A stretch of 64,000 bases of DNA from Takakia lepidozioides (Eukaryota > Plantae > Bryophyta). Positions 53,701 through 64,000 of this stretch are shown here, piece by piece (within the stretch, counting starts at the first letter, position 1; each line of letters begins with the position of its first letter). The stretch covers positions 61,442,001 through 61,506,000 of the forward strand of contig CM060733.1 of NCBI GenBank assembly GCA_030704615.1, given 5' to 3'. A program made the position numbers and the translations under genes. Below the pieces are notes generated by a model that saw only the letters and a program-made list of their open reading frames with translations, ran no database searches and was not told where the DNA came from.

Positions 53701-55477
53701 CAGTCAACAAAGAGCATAGAATATGAGCTGGATGTACAGATACAATGCAGTTTCGTGGTGTAGAAACCAGACCGTAGAGGTCAAGTACACGACAACGACA
53801 CAGCATGACGCATATTTGAGTCTGCCTGGCATATACTCATTTTGCCAAAACGCTGTTAGGAACCAAGCTCTCACGAGGGTTGATGCCCATTAACAACCAA
53901 GGAAGCTGCTCTTTGAAAATACATGCGCAAGCTGCTTCTCTGTTTGCGCCAGAGTGTTGCTAACCCGAGGCAAACCTTAACCAAGAACGAAACACACAGT
54001 TTTACCCTACCAGCTACAAACCGGAACCATACCTGTGCTATTTGAATTGCCTAGCCCCTTTATCCCTGCCGACAGCAAAGGAAAGGACCAGAGAGGTACT
54101 GAAAGGCGATGTTCGGCGTGCGGATGGAGATGTTTGCCGCTGGGGTGAAGATGATGAAGCCATCCCCGGCATGGGGCGCCCCGCCCATGCTATCCTCAAG
54201 GATCGGGTGGACGTGTGGGACTCGCCGGGTGGGTGCCCCCCTCCTCCATGCTCTGGGTCTTTCGAGGAAGCAATTTTTTCCAAATTTCTCCGGCAGTACG
54301 AAAGGGCGTCTCACACTCTGGGAGCCTCACAGCGAGATTTGCCTTCTGCACGCATTACTGGTCCCCAAAATGCTTGTCTATTTCCACCAAGAACTCCTGC
54401 ATATCCACTCCAAGACCCGGGAACAGAGACTGCACATCTTGGCAGCTACCTAGAGGCCTCCATCATCGGCCAGAGAAACTTTGGGGAACCATCAAAACGA
54501 GGTCCAACATACCTCCATGGACTGATGCCAAGGACTCCCAGCAATCCACGAAATCTTCCGCATGAAAGCTGGCTAGAGTCATACAAAATCGTAAGCACTG
54601 ACATATTGTGATGCTCAAGATACCCGTGGAAAAACCGAGAGCCAAAAAACCACAAGAGCACGCGCTTCTCCTCCCATCCCTCCCCTGCAGGCAGCTCTCA
54701 CATGCTCTTCTTAAATCCACCCCAACCTTCGAACAACCTCCTCAGGAATTGCTAGAACTGCATAGTCCTCACCAATTCGTGAACTACAACACTCATCCCA
54801 CAACCGTTATTATTGTTGCCCTGTCCTTGGCTCCTGACCGAGCGGTGTAGATGGTCCGAGTAAACAAACGGATTGCCCCAGCCCAAAGACAACAATGTGG
54901 GGCTCCTGGCAGAACGCAGAGCGACATTGCACGATCAGCTCAGGTCTGCTGCATGGATCCCGAGATGCAATCAAGCTGCCGAGCGGCGATTGTCTAACTA
55001 CAAATCTAGGCCCCCCTCGTCCTTCTCCCTGCTGCTGCAACTGGCAACTAACAGGACCGTAGCCTCGTGCCACGTGGGCGTGCAGGGGTTACAACACCCC
55101 TTGCCCGTCAGTTAGGCCTATCACCAACAGGCGCAAAGAACACGTGGCTCTTTGTGATTGGTGTAGGGGAGGGTAAAGTGGCGTCACCTCGCTTGGGACA
55201 TGAGAATAGTCGATGGATAACTGCTGCGGAGCCGCTCGCTTTGCTGCATTCGGTGCAGAACTTTTCGTAACGATTTCTTTGCTTGTCTTGATTCACTGAC
55301 GCCATTACCAGTGTGTGTCTCAAGATCTGGACGTGGGTGCTGGCCATGCTTGGGATTGTAGGAGAAAGAGCTTGTGAAAGAGTACAATTGCATCGAAGTA
55401 GACGAAGGGTTATATTGTGCAGCTTTAAGAACAGCTCCCTCGCAGGCCACCAGAGAGAAGTCGGTACAATGCTTCAA
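47734..55477 (-). CDS. Uncharacterised multi-exon coiled-coil protein (5' end uncertain)
   Basis: Phase-consistent GT-AG exons (-): 53197/53160-53109, [52545-52502 or 52210-52167], 51621-51199, 50440-50357, 50061-49909, 49420-49196, 48981-48931, 48526-48314, 47973-47734; a candidate upstream exon ends at 55188. Heptad-rich E/K/Q/L sequence (LKQENEELRAELQVARE, LLEMNKLKGDKASLEEEIK). No family recognised. Confidence 0.75.
48017..48065 (+). mobile_element. Minimal 3'-end copy of the LINE family inside a (CT)n tract
   Basis: ctctctctcc-ccacaaggctacggcaaacaacgtcttattatacaat-ctctctctctc. Confidence 0.75.
53208..53571. mobile_element. MITE with 17-bp TIRs (364 bp)
   Basis: TAGAGTTATCCGTAAAG ... CTTTCCGGATAACTCTA (1 mismatch) with repeated AAACTCGG/CCGAGTTT subterminal motifs. 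TSD is ambiguous: no 8-bp duplication, though TA or ATT is possible. Confidence 0.85.
54042..54611 (+). mobile_element. Possible retrotransposon gag-like relic in an intron of the coiled-coil gene
   Basis: GC-rich 189-codon frame containing FSKFLRQYERASHTLGASQRD, resembling the FLxxY/FExx motif of gag N-termini. No other retroelement domains seen. Confidence 0.3.
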
Positions 55478-57407
55478 AAGATTTCAGAGTGAATGTTGAG
55501 CCAGTGAGAGATGATCCAGAGATTCTCTTGTTTTGCTCTCTTTTGAGAATGGACGCTGGTGAATGCCCTTCCGGCATTCACCAGCGTCCATCTTGAAAGA
55601 GAGCAAAAAAATGCGGGTCTACCAGAAAAGATCGTTTGAGCCTTCTAGAGTACAAAGACATATGGCCAGGGATAGGTCTACAGTACGGGGTGTGGAGGTG
55701 GGGGAGTGGTAGGCATTGTTCTGCTAGCGGGGGAGGCGCTACTTGGCTAGTGCATGTCTTTTGTCGCTGCCTTGCGGAGGTGTTATTTGCAATCTCTGTC
55801 GTTGGTTTGCATATTGTTTTCCTCGGCCCCTGCAGACGGGATTTAGAAGTGCTGTCAGATATGGACTTCATGATTTCTAGGCAGGGAGACATAATGTGGG
55901 TCTGGCGGTGGCAAGAACACCAGTACAGTAAAATCCTTGGAAGGGATCAGACCTGTCTTCTACCTTGTCGAGCAGGATATAATTCTCCCATCGAAATTTC
56001 CTTTGGCTGGGCAGGCAGCTGACTTCATCTTTGTAAGATATATAGTCTGTTTCCAGTGGCATTTCTCCTATGCGTGTAGAAAAGCAGCTCGGAAACCTGC
56101 TTGGCGATGATTACCCTGACATAGCTCCCAGACGGTACATTCCCCTGCAGGTACACTGTGCTCTCCAGGGTAATCATCGGTGTATATTAGGACACGGTCT
56201 CTCTTGAAGGTTGGTTCTGGTTCGTCTGTTTTCATCTTCTAAGCTCTCACATGAATATGTATGTTGTGTGCACATCTCTTTTCTTCTATCTGTTTTCTGG
56301 CTCGCAACTGTTATCAGACGAACTAATAAAAATACCTCTCTTGATGGGACGTACATTGGGTCAGTTCTGACGCGGGAAGAATCTATGCTTCATCACACCC
56401 AACCTCCATGGTTGGCTTCCGATGTATAACTTGTCGAGTCAAGCGTCCCAATACGCCTGATAACGGGCTGAGACCTTCTAAGACCTGCTTTGTTGGGTTT
56501 CTAGTTCATGCCACTGAGCTCTGAAGATTCATCACGGTGATTATTTATTCGTCCCACATTTGATATACAGTCACGTATGCCTCTTAATTCTCTCTTTACG
56601 TTTCACCAACGCATGCGAAAAGATGGGGTTGGAGGAAGCTCCTGTTTGTCACTCTCAACATTTTCCCTCTCTCTCTAAACATGTAATTCTCTGGACGTTA
56701 AACTCTCTCTCTCTCTCTTCTCTCAACATTTCCATACTGGACCGTTTCCCAGAGCATGCAAAAGCTCTAGAAGATTCTCAGAACCTTCAGTTGAGGAACC
56801 ACAGTGCCGTGGCAGTGGGACACTTCGCAACCACCTCCTCAACTGTGCTTGGCTTCCTGGACGGCGGCAAGGCGTAAGAGCTCTTCCTCACGCTCGGAAA
56901 GAACGTTGACTAGAGCACGCAGCACGGTACCCAGCTACCTAGTCATGCCCGACTTTGACGGTTAGGCGTGGGAAGGTGGCGACGCTGACTGCGCAACATG
57001 TGGGTAGAGTCAAGCCCAAGTATCGCACATTTCAAGAGAGAGTCAGATCGAGCTCGAAGTGCGATAATCCTGCAAATTGCGTCGCTCAACTCGGATTTGG
57101 GACTGCATTATTCCCGTGCTTGCGTGGAAACAGTATTGCATAGGTGGCATGCGTAGTTTTACTTGCTTAATATGGCATTTCAGCAGGGAGGGAGATGATG
57201 GTGAGCGACGAGGCTGATTGTCTTCCATGGCCTAATCGGAGAGAGAGAGGAACAAAAAAGTGAGTGACAGGAAGATACAGAGAGAGCCCGAGAGAAAGAT
57301 TAACAGAACGTGCCCCATTCCCGAGAGAAGGGTTCTTGGTGGATCTTTTGGGTTGTTAAAAGTTTGTTGTCTGCGCGAGACGGTGTGTGGAAGTGCAGGT
57401 TAGAGGA

Positions 57408-60400
57408 ATGTCGTCATCCACAATGGGAGCCGAAAAGGCAGAGGGAAGTAGTGTAAGCCGAGAAGTGGGCGATGCAGCGGAGGAATCAGGTGGATCCAAC
57501 ACTCGACCGCCTCGCCGCACCTCGTCCAAGTATGATTTTGTCAAGGTACGCAGCCAGATGGAAATTTCGGGGTTAGGTGCGGAACTTGGCTCTTATTTCA
57601 ATCCACCCATACTCGAAGCGTTTAATCAGTTCAAGGTCAGGAACTGTGGTTGATGGGTTAATCATGACAAGAACGATGTTTGCCATAGCTGGTAGTAGCA
57701 CTACAGATGGACCCAAACAACGAAGATCGGGGCTTTGTTGCATTGTGCACGCCTAGTTTCAGTGCTTGTCGCAGGTGGATGCACAGTTGAGCCTGCTTCT
57801 ATTTCCACATCATGTGGCTACAGATCTATCCCATTGTCACGATTCCACATGCATTTACCTTTGTGGGGACAGAAAGAAGGTGCAAGAAATTTATAACGTC
57901 CATGGGCCCCATCCCGACGAATTAGGGCAATAAAAACCCATCAAAGGGCCTCCAAATTTCGCCCTGAGAGAGAGGATAAACCTGGGAGGTCCGAAGGGGG
58001 CAGGGGATGCAAGTAGAATAACACAAAACCACCGAAAACAGAGAAGAGAACCACATGGGAAGCTGCACAACACTCTCGGTTCCTCAACCCTAAGCCTCTG
58101 CCAGGGACGAGAATCTCTAAATAAACCCAAGTAGAGAGAGACTCTGGGGATGTTGCGGCAAGATGCTAAGGGAGGATAAGTCTGTTAAGCTGTTGAGCTG
58201 ACCAGAGGCGAAGAGAAATATTGTGAGTGTGTTTTGGCGAGAGGGAAAAGGGGGTCAGGGTTTGTCTGGGGTGTTGTGTTGTGTTTTGGTGGGGAACAAT
58301 GCAGATCACTACTATGTGATGTGGTCAAGACGTACTGGGTGAGACGCAGCATGCTCACTGGACAAAGGTGTTGTGTGGCCATGTCTGATGCCATTTAGGC
58401 ACCATGGAGGGGCAGAGACTTGGGGCTGGTTGAGGATGATTTTGAGGATGGTTTTGGGGTCGGAACGTTACAAATGTGTCCTTGTAAGCAAAGTCACTTC
58501 CATCTGAATGCAAGAAGCAGATAGCAGAAGCTGCTTCGGGGGTCGTCGATATGCGTTTTTGAAGGGTTGTCACACATCAATCATTTCGACGACGGTCCTG
58601 GTTTCTTTGTTGTGACATTTTTGGTTGGCAGGCCAACTTGGTTGGTTGTTTTGTGACAACTGGAGGGTGTGTGATTGTTGACAGATTCCAAGTCAGGTAG
58701 CAATCAAAATTTCGCTGGAGCTGAAGAAGCTGCTAATTGACAACAGCCTGCTAGATGTGTAAGCTGTCTGGCCCTGGGTAGGCTAATCGATGTTTCAGGC
58801 ATCTTAAAGTTTGACTTTTGACACGATTGTATGCTTGGATGTCTGCAGATCACAGTCAGATCTGGAGGCTAATCTATTTAAGGTAAGAGCCACATGGTAT
58901 CGTGGGTTTCCAGTGGGTAAATAACTGGTGTCCAAGGTGGTAGCGTAAGTACTTGAGAGGGAGGGGTGGAGAAGAGGAAGATGGGCAAGTGGACAGAATG
59001 GCCAATTATGGAGGCAGTGTGGATGCTAGACTAACAGCAGGGTTGGTGGCGCAGCTCATGGAGCGCCGCGGATATGGAGCAGAATATATTAACCGTTATA
59101 AGATGATGACCAGGTCTGTTCCACCTTCTCTTTGCTGATTGCATATTCCAAACATGGGCTGCAATTATAGCAAGAAATGTTCGCGAATCCATACATCCAG
59201 TCAAAATGACTGTCAGAGGCAACTGTCTTTGAGATGTTTGGGTTAATTAGATGCACTTGTCAGGCTCATCATTAATACATCTGCAAAGGGAATTGTTTAT
59301 ACATTGTAGAGGGGTTTGAACCTCTGAAATGAGACTGAAATGGAGTTGCGACTGTGTCCTGGGACGGAAAACAGATTTCATCACCAGAGGTTGCCACTCA
59401 TTATTCTGGTGTGTGGGACGGCTTGTGTGGGCAAATCAACTGTCGCCACTCAACTTTCTCAGCGCCTCAATCTTCCAAATGTCTTGCAGGTCTATACTGA
59501 ACAAATGATTGAGGCCCCTTTTACTGTAGATGGCTGCACATTAGGAATGCAGATGGAAAACTGCAACCTATTTCTTGATCTGGTACAAACAATCAAGAAT
59601 GTAAGATGCCACTCAGGGTAGTATCGGTCAATCAATTACTGAGAATCAAGATGCTGCAGAATATCAAGCTGTCCATCACTAACAGGTCATCTTGCTATGC
59701 ATGTGCAATCTGAATTCCTCCCTGTATCTTTCTGGCATTCCTGCCTTCTTATTATCTGTAGCAGTTGTATTTTGCAGACAGACATGGTTTACGAACTCCT
59801 TCGCACCTCTACAGAGTGAGTTTAACCTATTTCTATCTGAGCTTCCCTTGGGCGTTATAATGTTTCTTGTCTTTTGTTCTCTCTGCCTTCCCCTTACACC
59901 AACCCAATGCCCAGGTGAAGGATTAGTAGAAGACCCACATTTAACTTTGTATCATGAGAAAGGCTGGTTCTTAGAGGGTCTGCAAATGCAGGTCACAGAC
60001 TTTTCTTGCAAACAGATCTAGGACCTCAGTATGTCCAATCTTTCTGGTTGATCTTGTCTGTGTATGTGCAGTGCTCCCCTTGCTTCCACAACAGTTTGGG
60101 CCAGGGACTTTTCTTCACCAGAAGAGCTTGTGACAGAGTTTTGTCGTGAATGTCGAATCGTGCGCAAAGGTTAAATACCTGTTTTTCCTCACCTGAAGGC
60201 ATAGTGAGATGGATGTGCAGTGTAAGAAGTAAAGTAAGAAGGAATTTTGTGGGGTGGAAAGTGAGAGGAAGTGGAAATAGGGTGGAGGTCACAAGGTTGT
60301 AGGGTCACCTGGTTGAAATCGCTGCAATGGCTCTGTACCCTGCCTCCACTGTGTTTTGGTTCCGAAAGCATGAGCAGCCAGCTGCTTGTTATTTCACAAG

Positions 60401-63006
60401 GGTGTGCGTCATGATGTGTTCTATATCCATTTAACTACCTACACTGTCAAAACCAACCTTGGATTTCTCTTCCCAATTGTCAACACTTAGAAGCCCCTTC
60501 TTCCGTGACACCTAATTGACCCTGTCACCATCTTATGCAGCAGTCAGCCATGATCAGAGGAATGGCCTAGGTTTTCCATGAATTAACACTTACATATGCC
60601 ATGGGATTGCAGGACTAGATGGTGATCTCAAGAAAGCAATGAAGGATGGCAAGCCTGTCATTATTGAGGTACTTCAAGATGCTGCAAGGCAGTGTATGGC
60701 CAGTAGTCAGGGCAACAGGCATCATAACCCGTAAGAACAATCACTGTGAATGTCGAGGTATCCGATCACATTTGGCGACATGCTTTTCCCATGTGCTCGC
60801 ATCTGCCATACTCTTGCTGGCTGGGTACAACATACTCGTAGAGTTGCTTATGCGGCTGACTGGCACCAAACCGGGTTAGTAGGTACTCCATGTCAAGATA
60901 GTAGCATGTCCTGCTTCCAAGGCAGAAGGGCATGCTTCGATGAACCTCGTAAGCAGTGAGGTATCGACATCATCAACTCAAGCTCTGAAATAATCCCATG
61001 GAGAGAATGAAACCTGCATTTGCTGACAAGGTGTGGGCTGCAGGGATTGCATTTGGACCCTTCCATCTATCTTATGGATGAAGAGAATGGAGGCTTTGGA
61101 CTTGGCTCAGTACATATGAAGGCTCTTTCTCCACATCAGGAGGGAGTGACAGTCACTGCCAGTGTGGCAGATAGTAAGTCAGATCAAAGCAATGTAGTGG
61201 GCGCCCATCATCCTCAAGAACAGACCTCATCAATAGCTGGTATCCAGACTAGTCCCACCATTCTATTCCTATCAGCCTTCAAGTGCAGCATAGGTTTACT
61301 TCTCCTAAGAGAATCGAGAAATTTGTGAGGATTTGTATAATTCGAGAAAGGATACGGTACTGATCAACGTCTGATTGGTGTTTATTGGTGCCAAAAAAAC
61401 AGTTGGTGTTAGAGTCTGAGGGGTGTCCAACAAAATAGAGGCAAGGGGGAAAGAGATAGATGGGCGTGCTGAGGCAGCCAAGGGCCTGTTGGATCAATCA
61501 CAGCATTTTGGCCTCACTAGTTTGGAGCACGTGGAGTTCATGGGAACAGGACTTTGTTAATGCAGTTCACAATGTACTGTTGGAGGGTTATCTCTAGCTT
61601 CAGTCTGAGTTTGTTATTGATGCTCTCCAGATTGCCAGAGTCTACTCTGGTTGTTCCCTCGTGGCATTCTCCCACTGAGAAGTAGGAGCTCCACTTAGAG
61701 GTGACACAAAGGGGCAGGGGCTCCGAGGGAGCCCAGTCCCCACCCAGGCACCCCCCTCCCTGCAAGATGTGGTATTTGGGGATTAGACACTGGGGGGATG
61801 TTTGTGTCATGCATCGAGTGGCCTTTCCAGGGGACGGGAAGCTGAAAATTCAGGAGGATGCTTCCCAAGCCAAAGCACCAACCAAGGGGGCTGTCCCCAA
61901 ATGTATTGTGGTGCCTATCGTATTGAAGATGGCTGACATTGATCACCAGGTATCAATGCATTCTCATTCCCGGTCATTGATTTTAGGCTATCTTTTGGGG
62001 AAAAGGAATATCTGACAATGATTGCTGGCTTCCAGACTCTTCTGGAGGAGTGGATTGCCAGCAGGGGAGCAGACGACGGAAGCACGGCACCATTGGTGGT
62101 ATGTGTTTGACTTTCCAGCAGCAAACACTGGAGGGCATGATACTAGTCTGTATATGGAGATTTGGGGGAAGCAGACTCTTAATTCTTGTCTCAAATCAAA
62201 TTCAGGGATGTCTGCTTGACCATGAAAATTCTTGCTGAAGTTTACATAGAGGCCATCAAGAACTGAGTGCAGGGCTAGAAAGAATCATTTTTTGACAGTA
62301 GCCTGTGTTTTTCAAGTACGTCATTTATTTGCTTGGGTGCTAGGGGTAGTACAGATGGGTGGCGCAGGTATTTGCCTATCTGAGAGGGTTGTTCATTTCT
62401 GGTTTGTTTTCTCCTGTAACTCTGGCTGGTGCAGGAGAAAGAGGCTCTCATCAGTAAGTTAGAGACGATTCAAGACTACCTTACATCCTTTGAGTCCCAG
62501 GTGTGTATGTGTGTCTCTCTCTCTCAGTGATGTAGCAAATTCTCATTCATCAAGGTGACAGAAAGGAAGAAAATGAGTTGGATTAGTGATTGAAGTCTAA
62601 CCAGCTTGCTGCTAAATATTTGAGAACAAGTATAGGAAAACACTATTACTACTGACATTTTGTGCCAATGATCCTTTGGTTTTAGGGGATGACAGTGGTG
62701 AATTTGTCTGCCACATCCTTTCCACAGACACTGGATTGGCTGCACAGCTTTCTTCTGGAGGTTTAAAATCTCCCCTTGACTAGTTTTGCCCATGCGCTGT
62801 TGGACATTTTGACTTTGTGTGTTTGGCACGCTAACCCATGTCTGTGTGTGTATGGAGGTGAAGCTAAGAGACTTTTTTGAGTGCCGTACATTCTCCTTTA
62901 ACAGGCTTTGAAATTCTGTTCAATCCAATCACCCCTCCACATGGTTTTGTTTTGACAGTGCATTGAGCAGGGGAGCTCACCACCAAGTCCGGGGGCTGGC
63001 TCTTGA
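57408..63006 (+). CDS. 2-phosphoglycerate-kinase-like P-loop NTPase (At5g61450 type; relative of LPA1); exon 2 is garbled in this sequence
   Basis: Exons 57408-57545, ~58280-58367 (garbled), 58685-58758, 58849-58882, 59055-59113, 59375-59489, 59778-59815, 60072-60169, 60613-60668, 61044-61239, 61831-61949, 62036-62098, 62435-62500, 62686-62760, 62959-63006. Motifs SSKYDFVK, ELKKLLIDNSLLDV, Walker A CGTACVGKST, TDMVYELLR, EFCRECRIVRKGLDGDLKKAMKDGKP, FPQTLDWLH, CIEQG. Confidence 0.9.
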
Positions 63007-63007
63007 G

Positions 63008-63285
63008 CAGTGTTTATTTTTTTGGCGAAAAATTGCCAAATGGCGACCTCAAAACATTAAAATGGAACATTCTGTCGTAAATTCCCATTTTTTTCATGGA
63101 TGAAATCGCCAAACTTTACAAGGAAAAATAAATAGAATGGATGCATTCGCCAAATGTGGATGATATAAATGGATGAAAGTACATAGGAGGATGATTATAT
63201 CCAAATTTTCAATAGATGAACAGAATATATAGCTATTTCTTGTAGCCACTTGTGCTATTTTTCAAATTTAAGAAAAAAATCACTG
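63008..63285. mobile_element. hAT-type MITE, 278 bp, inserted at the stop codon of the P-loop NTPase gene
   Basis: Perfect 8-bp TSD CTCTTGAG at 63000-63007 and 63286-63293. Termini CAGTGTTTATTTTT ... AAAAAAATCACTG; internal TCGCCAAA/TGGCGA and TGGATGA repeats. Confidence 0.9.
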
Positions 63286-64000
63286 CTCTTGAGTGGACAC
63301 TGGAAGCCCATGTACAAACCTCGTGTTGGCCAAGGGGTGGTTGATCATCTGCTTCAACTATCAAATTTATTCCTTCATCACATATCTCGCACAAGAAGCA
63401 TTGCAGTTGTTTCCTTGGTTCAAAGTTGGATGCAGGCGATTGCTCGCCCTTACCTGCTGACTCTACCAAGTCACAGGTTGTATTTGCATGAAGCTCCCAC
63501 TCATTTGGGAAGTCTCTGCCCCTGGGGAAATGAGTCATGAATGAACAAGCCAGCTTTTGCCAATTGAAGTTTGATCAATACTCAGCCATGTAATTGCTTG
63601 GGAATTACATGTGAGAGGTCTCTGACTGTGGAAGAAAACTGTAAAGGAACAGCATGCAAATCAGGCGAGGCTCGGAGGTGGATGTTATAATGAGGAATAT
63701 GATTGGAGAAAAGTAGAAGGTTTGGTTGTAGTTGAGTCTGCAGACTTTTGATCTGTCCAGCTGGACAGTGCCTGGCAACTTGGTAACTTTGGCAAGGGGC
63801 GGGTGGGTGGGGGAAGGATGCGCAGATGAGAGGGAATGGGTGGACAGTGGCCCACCTTCTGACAAAACTTAAGAGCATTGAGTCGCTTTTTATGTAACTC
63901 CTTCGAAGTGTCGCCAGTACAAAAGATGGGCGCCTAAACTTTCCCTTGCTCATCTCAATCCGACCAATTTGCCAATATGTGGACTATCGCATGATGTGAG

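Overview
This is a 64 kb window of land-plant nuclear DNA. It is most likely a moss, because the class IV HD-ZIP coding sequence has no introns, a known moss trait; the species cannot be determined from sequence alone. The order from left to right is: a decayed AT-rich block (tandem FCP1/NIF phosphatase-like pseudogene and a PIF/Harbinger relic); an intronless class IV HD-ZIP gene carrying the paired 3'UTR motifs; a duplicated PPR 5' relic with a tRNA-derived SINE; an intronless PLS-E-DYW PPR editing factor; AUGMIN subunit 2; proline dehydrogenase; a small NOI/RIN4-family gene; a SYMRK/DMI2-type receptor kinase; an unknown coiled-coil gene; and an At5g61450-type 2-phosphoglycerate-kinase-like P-loop NTPase. 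Introns and intergenic DNA hold hAT-type MITEs (two with perfect 8-bp target-site duplications, TSDs) and non-L1 LINE relics. Two observations stand out. (1) The SYMRK gene has an intact kinase but no recognisable malectin-like domain or GDPC motif, only about two degenerate LRR exons, and occurs in an apparently moss genome. (2) The coiled-coil gene has two tandem-duplicated 44-nt exons with identical phases, the signature of mutually exclusive exons. All exon models were read by eye and need transcript confirmation.
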